A DNA stretch of 60,000 bases from Lama glama (taxonomy: Eukaryota): positions 17,548,001 to 17,608,000 of the forward strand of contig CM052818.1 in assembly GCA_028534125.1 (NCBI GenBank), written 5' to 3'. Of this stretch, positions 50,299 through 60,000 are shown piece by piece. Each line of letters begins with the position of its first letter. Position 1 is the stretch's first letter. Below the pieces are notes generated by a model. That model made no database searches. It saw only the letters and a list, made by a program, of their open reading frames with translations, and had not been told where the DNA came from. Made by a program: the position numbers and the translations under genes.

Positions 50299-51605
50299 TG
50301 TCTTAGTCAGCTCGGGCTGCTGTAACAAATACCACAGACTGGGTGGCTTAATTGTAGGAGTTTATTTCTCATGGTTCTGGAGGCTAAGAAGTCTAAGATC
50401 AAGGTGCTGGAAGATGTACTTCATTCTGATGCCTCTTTGCATGAATCATAGGCTCCCACCTTCTCACTGGGTGCTCACAACATCTTTCCTTGGCGTGTAT
50501 GTATAGAGAGAAAGAGAGATCTCTTTCCTCTTCCTCTTGTAAAGTCTCTGATCTTACTGGATTAGGGCCCCACCATATTGACTTTGTTTTACTTTAATTA
50601 CCTCTTTAAGATTCTGTCTACATATACAGTTATGTTGAGGGTTAGGTCTTTGAAAGGAAAAAACTCTAATTCCTCTACTCACCACTCTACTCTCAATACT
50701 TTCGGCCACCAAATGTGTGGATTTTTCCCCACACTGAAACAGCTGAGTGTCCTACAATTCAAGTCAGTTCTGACATTATCTACCTGGATTTAGAATCAGA
50801 TCCCACAAATTAAGGACTCCGTGCCCCCAAACTGTTCCTACTTCAGAGATCCATCACAAGTCCCAGATTGTCACCTGTACTTCTGACCAATCAGCTGTAA
50901 ACTGGGGTTCCCACAACCCCCTCCTTGGATTCAGTCATTTGCTAGAATGGCTCATAGAACTCATGGAAACATTTATATTTACCAGTTTATTATACAGTAA
51001 AGGAAATGATGAAGGATACCGGTGAATAGGCAGATGAAGAGATACCTAGGTCGAGGTCCAGAAGAGTCACAAGTACAGGATCTCTGTCCCCATGAAGTCG
51101 GGATACACTACCCTCCCAGCATGTAGATATGACACTAATCCAGAAGCTCTTCAAACCACATAGTTCACGGATTTTTATGACAGCCTTAATACGTAGGCAT
51201 GATTGATTATTAAGTCAACCTCCAGTCCTCCCCTCCCCAGAGAATGGGGGGTGGGGGTGAGGCTGAATGTTCCAGGCTTCTATTCGTGGTCTTTCTGGTG
51301 ACCAGCCCCCATCCAGAAACTCTGGAGGAGCCCACCAGGAGTTGCTTTATTAGAACAAAGCACACTGCAATCACCCAGGAAATTCCAAGGGATTTGGGAG
51401 TTCTTTGTCAGGAAACAGGATCAAAGACCAAAGATTACAACAAAAGATGTTCCTACCACCTTTATCACTTGGGAAATTAGAAGGGTTTTAGGAGCTCTTG
51501 TCAGAAGCCAGGAACAAAGACTAAAATATATATTTCTTATTATATCGCAGTATCACAGCCTTCAACATATGAATCTTCAGGGAACACAATTCATTCCAGA
51601 GTAAT
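50299..51605 (-). mobile_element. MaLR LTR (MLT1A-like) split by a nested LTR; pieces 50299-50650 and 51558-51605
   Basis: tgtcttagtcagctcgggctgctgtaacaaataccacagactggg...gggttaggtctt || gccttcaacatatgaa...acacaattca. Confidence 0.85.
50651..51557 (-). mobile_element. MER21-like solo LTR, ~907 bp, nested in MLT1A
   Basis: TG...CA termini; minus strand starts tgtgatactgcgatataataagaaatatatat...gagctcctaaaaccctt; 5-bp imperfect TSD gtctt/gcctt. Confidence 0.85.
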
Positions 51606-51796
51606 GACCTTACTAACTGCATTGCACAGTCCATGGTGATAGGTTCTGTATCTTGATTATATTTGAACTCAGCACACTGCCTTGGTCAGTTAATTGGTTA
51701 ATTGTTCAGCTCATCACAGTTGATTCCCATGGGCTCCACTTCACCTCATGTAAGCATTGTCAGAAGAGGGACAATGAAGTGTCCAGGATATATTAG

Positions 51797-52296
51797 NNNN
51801 NNNNNNNNNNNNNNNNNNNNNNNNNNNNNNNNNNNNNNNNNNNNNNNNNNNNNNNNNNNNNNNNNNNNNNNNNNNNNNNNNNNNNNNNNNNNNNNNNNNN
51901 NNNNNNNNNNNNNNNNNNNNNNNNNNNNNNNNNNNNNNNNNNNNNNNNNNNNNNNNNNNNNNNNNNNNNNNNNNNNNNNNNNNNNNNNNNNNNNNNNNNN
52001 NNNNNNNNNNNNNNNNNNNNNNNNNNNNNNNNNNNNNNNNNNNNNNNNNNNNNNNNNNNNNNNNNNNNNNNNNNNNNNNNNNNNNNNNNNNNNNNNNNNN
52101 NNNNNNNNNNNNNNNNNNNNNNNNNNNNNNNNNNNNNNNNNNNNNNNNNNNNNNNNNNNNNNNNNNNNNNNNNNNNNNNNNNNNNNNNNNNNNNNNNNNN
52201 NNNNNNNNNNNNNNNNNNNNNNNNNNNNNNNNNNNNNNNNNNNNNNNNNNNNNNNNNNNNNNNNNNNNNNNNNNNNNNNNNNNNNNNNNNNNNNNN
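51797..52296. other. Assembly gap (500 N)
   Basis: Run of exactly 500 N; the true length is unknown. Confidence 0.99.
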
Positions 52297-53479
52297 TCCC
52301 TTATTTAGAAGACGGGGATTAGAATACACAAGGGCAGTAGGACAGGGGTAGGGACTCGGGCTTTATTCCTAAAACAGGGAGAATCAGTGAGGGGAGACGG
52401 TAGGGGAATGCTATGATCTGATTCATAATTTAAGATTACTTTGGATGTTGTGTGGAAAATAGGTTTAATCAGGCAAGAACAAGAGAGGGAATGTCAAGGC
52501 TAGTGAGTAGCACACCAAAATCATGAAATCAGCTACTTTCTGAGGGTTGTTCTCAAGCCATCTTGTTTTTCATGCTCCATCCTTTGGGTGATATGTTCCC
52601 AGAGCCATAGTCTTAAAAAATAATAACACATTTATGAGTCACAAGGAGAAGGAGTGTGTCCCTCGTTAAACTTCAGCCATTCAATTTTTTATTCTGAGTC
52701 TGCACTTTTAATGGTTTTCAAGAGAGGTGTGTTCTTTGTAATTCCCCCAGCAGCTCAGAACTTATTTAAGGTGTTGCTAAACCCTTTGAGAGACGGAGGC
52801 GTGCTTTATGTTTTGTAATTGATGAAATGTTCCCCCTAAATAGATCTCACGTTGCTGAATCTGATGACATGAATAATAAAAATAACCATGGGAAGTAAGT
52901 AACCATTTTGAGCAGTATGCAGGGAAGAGATATTTATTTGGTGTTGAAAAGTAGAGCACATTTTCATGATGAACTAGGCTCTCCAGACCACGGCAGGAAG
53001 ACTCCTGACATTAAAATCAGAGGACATTTCAGGGCCAAATTTGCTAAAGAAAAATTCTCTGTTTTAAACACACACACAAAAATCTGGTGTTTCAGATGGC
53101 ATGTGCCTCAAAAATTGAAGAGATGTTGAAGTTCAAATTGAATGGATGTTTTTCTATTTTTGTAGGCAGACAGTAGGCTTGGGATGATGGAGCGAGGTTA
53201 CTGCATTACTAAATGGTAATCAGTAATTCCCACTGGTTGCCAAATGTATTTTCTAAGTATTTTATGCACTCAGTATGCCAGATGTGCAAGTCGTAAGCCT
53301 AGATACTGAAAACAAAGAAACTGATATGTGCCACAGAACCAATGAGAAAACGCCGGTAGCAGTTCCTAAGAATTCATTATAAAATGTTCACAGTTGTGGG
53401 ATGAGCCTGAAGTTGGGCGCCAAAGGCTAAAAAGTCACTCCTTTGCAGATTTACAAAATTAGTTTGGAACTGAGAGCTA

Positions 53480-53685
53480 ACAGGGTTAGCTGCAGAGCAA
53501 ACCTATGTTCCCGTCCTAGCTTATCCATTTACTAGCTGACAGGTCACCTTTACCAAGGCTTAACCTGATTAAGCATCCATAAAATGGGAAAACTATAACT
53601 CAGTTTGTAAGAGGATTGTAAAACGTGCAACTGACGATGCATGTAGCGTTCCTGGCACTTACAGATGCTTAAGAAGCTAGTGTTA
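53480..53685 (+). mobile_element. MIR SINE
   Basis: ccatttactagctg...taaaatgggaaaactata...gaggattgtaaa...tagcgttcctggcacttacagatgcttaa. Confidence 0.7.
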
Positions 53686-53759
53686 TTTTTCAGAAAAAAT
53701 GTTTTAAAATATAGACATGTCTCGGCATTTTCAAATCTCCCTCCTCTTTGACCTTGTCG

Positions 53760-54330
53760 CATTTTCCTATTTTTACCCACTGTGCTCCTCCCACCCTCTC
53801 CCCTTCCAGCTGATCACTCTCTTTAGCTACTTTCCTGAAGCCCGTGGCTTCCGTTGCCTGTAGCAGCCTGGTTCCATCTGACATCGCACATCTGATTTCT
53901 CCACCTACCTAGATGTAAGCTCCCTTTCATTTCAACCTCTCTGACTCCTTATCCTCACTTCCATGTCTGTGTACCAACCAGTCTCCTTACCTTAAAACCT
54001 CACTTGTCTACCCACTCCTAGTTGCCACCGCTCCCCACAGCTTGTTCACACATCATCAGCTTAGGAGACCATGGCGAGAGACCACCTGTACGTGTCTGTC
54101 ACGTACTAGTCAATAAGAACGTCCTAGCTCTAGTGGCTCAGTAAGGTTATCTTTGTAAAAGAACCAATTTCTTTTGCTCCTCCTCCACGCCCTACCTCGC
54201 TTGTTGCTCCCAACTCACCAAATTATAAACTTCCTCAAGACTTGACCTGCCTGTTCTCAGCCATTGGAACCCCTTCTTAGTGTCTAATGCAACGCTTGCA
54301 GGTTTATAATCTGAGTGACTATTACTGAAT
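53760..54330 (+). mobile_element. L2 LINE fragment
   Basis: Pyrimidine-rich degenerate L2-like sequence ending ...cttagtgtctaatgcaacgcttgca...tattactgaat. Confidence 0.45.
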
Positions 54331-54744
54331 ATCACACCAGCTTCAAACTACTGAGAATCTATTTCAGCTAGTCTGAAATCCTCATTTGATAGTTGAGTGA
54401 CCTGATGATTTTAAACAACCTACCATTGTGACAAAACTAGTTGCACAGATGGGACTAGAACTCACTCTCTGCACTCAGAATTTCATACTTTAGCTATGGC
54501 TATAATTGATAAGAAGTCTTAGCTCCCCCACTTAAAAGACATGGTTAGAATTATCCTATAGGATAGAATATACATTGTGCTTCTCTTGCAAAACTAAGAA
54601 ATGTATTCAGGGAAAGTAGAGCGTAAGACTAAGGGAAGTTAATATTTCTCTTTCACTGAACCTTAGGATACTTATAGATGTAAGATATTTTAGAAAAATA
54701 CAGAAGACAAAAACCCTGTGTCTTGTGTCAATAGGTGTTCGAGC

Positions 54745-55105
54745 TAAGTGCTCGGGGCGTGAGGTCTTGATGCGACTTGAGTTCACAGTCTCAGTTCTTG
54801 TCTGATCTGCTGTGGTGTATAAGGCACGTTATTTAAATCCCTCTGACATATATATATCAAGCGAGCCTCAGCACCTACCACAAATCACTGTCCTCAGTGT
54901 ATTCTCATTTCTTCCCTATCAGTCAGGAAGGGAGGGCACACAGACAACGGGATGATGAATTACCACTTGATTTCAGCAAGAGCTAGCAATATATGGAGAG
55001 ACCTATCTTCATGGGTAAAATGAAAATAACAGTGCCTAATTCCTGGAGTCCTGTGAGGGTTTTTTGAAATAACCAATATGAAGTATCTGGTGTAAATGTC
55101 AGATA
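54745..55105 (+). mobile_element. MIR SINE interrupted by a ~160-bp insert (54843-55002)
   Basis: aaggcacgttatttaaatccctctga || ctatcttcatgggtaaaatgaaaataacagtgcctaatt...gtgagggtt joins into a continuous MIR core. Confidence 0.65.
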
Positions 55106-56064
55106 TGTTAATATTGTCCTTCAATTTCCTAGATGGCACATTTAAACTAGTTAAAACTATGTTAAAAATTGTGAGAGCATAACTTTTCTTTTCTAAAAAT
55201 TATATTTGACACCTACTAAATGGTATGCAGTATAGCTGTCCATCCCATCTGTCCCACCAGGATTTTTGAATATTTAAGTTTTCTTTGGATAAGGCGCAAG
55301 GGAGATCATCCGTTTAAACAAGTTTGGCCCTGAAGTGAATGGTGCTACAGCAGTTGCCCCATTGAACTGCGTTTTAAAAGGTGCATCCATTAGCTTTGCC
55401 TTTGCCGCCCTCACTTTTTAATGTGATGCTGATTAAACATCCATGAAACCTGTATAACCTTTTATTCAAAGTAAGTAAAAAGCAGTCCCAGATTTTCATT
55501 GCAAACCTATCATTGGTCGCCAGGTTGAACACATTTGCAGGAGAAAACATGACGAGCTTTCACAGGGGAAAAAAAAAATGACACTTGTCCCTTTAATGCT
55601 CTTGGGTTTATTTGTAGTTGGATTTAGTGCCAAGGCAACTATAAGCTCATCAGTGTTCCTTTGTAACTTATAGTACATGTTTTGAAATAACATTGAAAAG
55701 TATAAGTGATGTAGGCAAAAAGAGTTTCAGATATGATAATTCTTAATCAGAATCTCATTTAGAGTAAGCGGCACCCAGAATTACTAAGCCAGGTAAAGCC
55801 GTGTGACGTCTTTCCCTAAAAAGACAAGAGAAACTCTTGGCAGTGACTTGTGCTCCCTTCTATGGGTTCTAGTATGTTATGGAGACTGATATGCATATGT
55901 GCATAGATCAGACAAGCCCCAGCACCTGCTACAAATCACTGTCCTCAGTGTATCCTTGTTTCTTCCCCGGCTATCAGTGAGAAAGGATACACAGTCCCTT
56001 GGAAGACAGTAGAATGATGCAGTGCTACTTGGCTTCAACAAGAACTGGGGCTATTCATAGAGAC
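54843..56064 (+). repeat. Diverged direct repeat pair: 54843-55002 and 55886-56064
   Basis: Identical 23-mer ACAAATCACTGTCCTCAGTGTAT at 54880-54902 and 55931-55953, with alignable flanks on both sides. Confidence 0.9.
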
Positions 56065-59000
56065 TGAAGCCCAGCATTAACTAAGGGAGCAATTTGGTTG
56101 CTGTGAAAGCTTTATTTCTACCTACTGTGTAAGAGATTCTGACAACCAAAAAAATTTACAGGTCACTGAATAAAACTCTAATGTGTTCATTCCGTGACAT
56201 TTCAGCAACTATTCATCATAGATTTCAGAAAAATAGTAAAATGAAAGTGAAGGGCACAAATAAATAGAACACATCTCTTATTTTTAAAAATAAAAGAATT
56301 TGAAGTGATTTCATGCCATCTTGATCATGTTCCAAAGTTCTACAAAATGAGCCATACATTGTATCTTTCCATTTCTAATTGTTTGGCAGTGATCCTATTA
56401 AATGTCAGATTTTTATCCCATGTCTAAAATTGTGTACACATCCTTTAAATTTTTTTCACAAAAACTTTGAATTGGTGCTAAGTGTAAAGTGATTTTCTAA
56501 ATGATTTATATTTTTTATTTACATTACGTTGGAGAGGACAAGATTCTTGTGTGAGGGAGTTAATTGTGTTAAAGAATCGAGTAGCATTCTGTGTATCCAA
56601 TCATTAACTACAAGAATTAATATGCTTTCTAAATGAGAAAGCACTAAGATGTCACTTTTTTTTTTCCATTTTCTGAGTCAGTACCCAGGACTGGAATAAT
56701 TAGAAAAGTTATTTATCATTTTTTATTACCTGCCAACATTGGTTTTATAGTCATGGTGTTTGAATTGTCTTTTATGTAGGATATAAAGAAAGTAGAAAAC
56801 TCTTGAATAGATGATTAGCAAAATATAGGTTAAAGATGACTGCATAGTATATTTTAAAGAGTCTTTCAAAACGTTTTGATTATTTAACACATTTTAGGAA
56901 TTCTCTAGGAAGACAGCAGTAAAGACTCTTCTTGATTTTAACTAATATCCTTGGCTCCTTGAATTATGTCTCTTTTAGTGAAATAAAGGCTAACAGTTGA
57001 GTCTTGAATAATTTGTTTCTTGAAAAAAATATTTATTACACTGTTTCTAAACTGGAAGCATTTAGTAACCATGAGATGTACTTCATAGGAGATTTAAAAA
57101 CAAAAAACAAACAACGAAAAGATTCTTACCTTATCTAAGAGAATTGCCAGTATGCTTACTGCGTGTTTTTGCTTACACTAGATTTTTGTGACTTGAGTCT
57201 ATGCCTATTTCCAACCAAAGTACCCTTCCATCCTGCTGTACTGCACATACCCAACTTGCCCAGATCCAACACATACAACAGAGTCAAGTTTCGTAGATAA
57301 TCCGCCATAGACATCTTAGAGAATACCAGTCCAAAGCACTTGGTCCTTAAATTAGAAAACACAACCTATGCTAACAGCTCCAGCATGTTTGTCAGATTAG
57401 CACTATTTGTGCAGAGTTAAGACCTAAGTAGATGGCACTGTGTTTCCTCTTCCCTCTTAATGTATTTATTGGGGTTCAGCCCTTTGCAAAAGCTTGATGG
57501 AGTCACCAGTTATCATCAGTGGGCATTGGTATCTACTAATTGTTAGGGAAAGGCTTTAATTTTTAAAGTGCTATGCACTTTAACATCCAATCTAACGATT
57601 ACATGAAAATTCTAATTCAATATAGTTTACAATTGCTAACTTAACTGACAGCACAAGAAAAATGCCTTCTTGATATCAGGTTAAATGCATGGGGTTTTTT
57701 TTGTTTTTTTGTTTTTTTCCTCCTGGAAAAATTGAGAAATGTTACTTATATTTATTCAAGTGGAAAGAGGAAGGAATCAGGCAGGCAGGAGGGATTTTGG
57801 TAGACATTTAATGACCTTTCCATCGTAGCTATGTGTGTATGTATTTGTATCAAATATAGTTACATATTTATTCATGCATATAATGTATATAACATAAATA
57901 GGGGAAAAAGAAGATTTCTGATTATTTATTTTAAATTTGGAATGCTTAAGCAGGAGTGAAATGTTTTTCTCTCATCTGTGACTGGCTCATCTTAAATCTG
58001 GTAAAATTTGTTAGAACTACTGCAGAGACATGAAATAGGGCATTCTGACTGTGTTAAATTTATATGGAGTTATCAAGTAAATAATATGATTGCATATAGA
58101 TTTCCATTACTGTCTCATATGTGAATTATATTTAATTCTTTAGAGAATTAACCTATAAAAGCATGCTCTGAGAATAAGCCTTGCTGGGAAAAATGTCCAG
58201 GTAGGTGCAGTGTTTACAAATGAATAATTATGTTTGGAAACATTTGCATTCTCATATCAAGCATGTATCATATATACACTTCTAATATGCAGTTATGAAT
58301 TTTAGGATTTAAAAAAAATGAAACTGCAGAAAGCACTTTAGCATTATGCTGTTAAAATAGTTTAATTAGAATGAATATAACAGTAAACAATAAAACCATT
58401 TAAGAAAAAGACAAACATGTATTTATAAATGCTTCTTATTAAGGAATGATACATAATCAGTCTTTGATTATAAAATATGCATGACACATTGGGGTTTTTT
58501 TGTTCATGAATCAAAATTATAAGTAATTTGGTGCCCCAGCTACTTGATTTTCAAGGTTGAAATGAAGAGTGCCCATTTTGCAGTGTAGAGTTAACAAATA
58601 TACACATCTGTGCTGAAAATGACAAAGCTGGCCTTCAATCCTCTACCACAGGCTCTGAAACTGCCTTGTTAGAATCAAACAAGACCTATCCCTTAAGGGC
58701 TGAGGACTCAAGGTGGGGTGCAAGAGGAGCAGAGAAAAGACATATGCCTTTCCCTAAGCAGCCTTCAAGCTTGTTGGGAGACCAGTCCAAAATCAAAATA
58801 AGAAAACCTAAATAATAAAGTGCTGATCAGAGGAAATGGCTGGAAGGACGTCTAGAGTTGAAGAGCGGTAAACCTCTCAGTTGCTCGAAGTGACAGGATG
58901 AATAATTGAACCCTATACACTGGGGATAGGGAAAGCATGGATGAGGTAATGTTTTGGAAGGATTTGCAAAGCAGAGGGAGTGATTAGGAAGCATGAAGTT

Positions 59001-60000
59001 CAGTGTGCTTGCTGCCTGACCTCATGCTAGTCCCTCGTCTCTACTTACCTACTATTTTCCAGTAGTATTTTCCCAATATTCTCAATCCTGCCAGCTCATT
59101 ATTTTCCTAATTTTTAAAAAATTCTCATCCCTGCTGAGACTCAGGATGCTGTGATCAAACCACAGGGAGTATCTCCTATGCCCATCCCTCTTGTTACATT
59201 GCCTTAACATGTTGAGACTATTCGACATAAATAGGAAATTAAATGTTGGTGGAACAGTCAACTTCAGTCTGTTTTGGTAGAATCTGACATGGTAGAAGAT
59301 GATATACCAGAATTACTCAAGCAAGAAACTGTTCCTTCAAAATGCTTGCAAATAACTAGCAACCTTGATCTATGAAAACATACTTTTTATATCAAATCAG
59401 CAGTCTCTGACTTCTAAGATAAGATACCTTACAATATCAAAAAAAAATTTGCATGTATCTTTATCTTCTTTTTCCCCAAAGATGTAAGACTCAGTAGGAA
59501 AAAAAAGTTATGACAATAATGCGGAAGAGTTAAGATGCGGCAAGTAATGAAATGCTGAAGTCATAGTGTTTTGACATGAAGTCATAGTTGGAACAGGTCC
59601 ATTACTGCCTTCACATTTATTTTCATGACCCCTTTCACTGAATATTCCTGTTTTCCCCCATTTCACCACAGGTCCCTGCTTGCTCTTTGAGCGGCAGCAA
59701 AGCAAAGTTTGGTAATCTGAATGGTAATTTGAGAGGCATTGAAATCTCCTAGTTCCCTGAATGCATAGCTCATTAATGTCAAGACAAAGAAAAATAAACC
59801 AGCCCCATAAAAGGTCATCTGGAAAAAGTCCAGCCTTGTATGCCAGAGGCACTTTATGGGAATGCCACTGTGACTAGATTGTTAACGAGGAGACGTTATT
59901 TTATTGCTCTAGATTCTCCTCAAAACGTTTAGAGAAGTCATTAACATTTTCAGCCCAGAGGGGGACCTTTGATGCATTCCTGCTACAGAGAAAGCATCCA

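Larger units (their letters stand above)
28914..60000 (+). other. NRXN1: NRXN1 intron downstream of the stalk exon (5' part; next exon, starting TTDDILV, not seen)
   Basis: Starts GTAAGT; no downstream neurexin peptide found in the sequenced part. Confidence 0.85.

Noticed and set aside
51702..52329. The two longest ORFs (206 and 178 aa)
   Set aside because: Artefacts of translating through the 500-N gap.
54950..56067. C/D-box-like motifs (TGATGA, CTGA) in the duplicated unit as intronic snoRNAs
   Set aside because: The C box is not preserved in copy 2, copy 1 lacks a suitably placed D box, and there is no terminal stem.
57430..57441. RWHC peptide resembling the NRXN1-gamma first exon (recalled as MDMRWHCENSQ)
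   Set aside because: Only four residues match; there is no Met, the context differs (DLSRWHCVSS) and no donor follows. Coincidence.
1..60000. CRISPR arrays, operons, prokaryotic or viral coding systems
   Set aside because: No regularly spaced repeats and no dense coding; the window is mammalian intron with solo LTRs and no gag/pol/env or L1 ORF coding sequence recognised.

Overview
Mammalian genomic DNA, AT-rich and CpG-depleted, lying entirely inside the neurexin-1 gene (NRXN1, + strand). Two coding exons are present. One is the 90-nt alternative splice site 4 (AS4/SS4) cassette exon (27117-27206, [30 protein letters not shown]). The other is the following 320-nt constitutive exon (28594-28913), which encodes the end of LNS6 and the Ser/Thr-rich stalk. 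The rest is intron, holding MIR, L2, L1 3' ends, MaLR/ERV LTRs, hAT MITEs, microsatellites and a 500-N assembly gap. tRNA-derived SINEs resembling Vic-1 suggest a camelid. No other ORF in the track looks like a real gene, and I see no new multi-gene system. The best leads are RNA-level: a hairpin inside the AS4 exon that reaches the 5' splice site, a stop-carrying competing acceptor, and poly(A)-signal clusters after both exons. Others are candidate cryptic exons, two very short L1 insertions with perfect target-site duplications (TSDs), and a ~160-bp unit copied into a MIR about 1 kb away. Repeat names and most repeat boundaries come from recognising the sequence by eye and are approximate.
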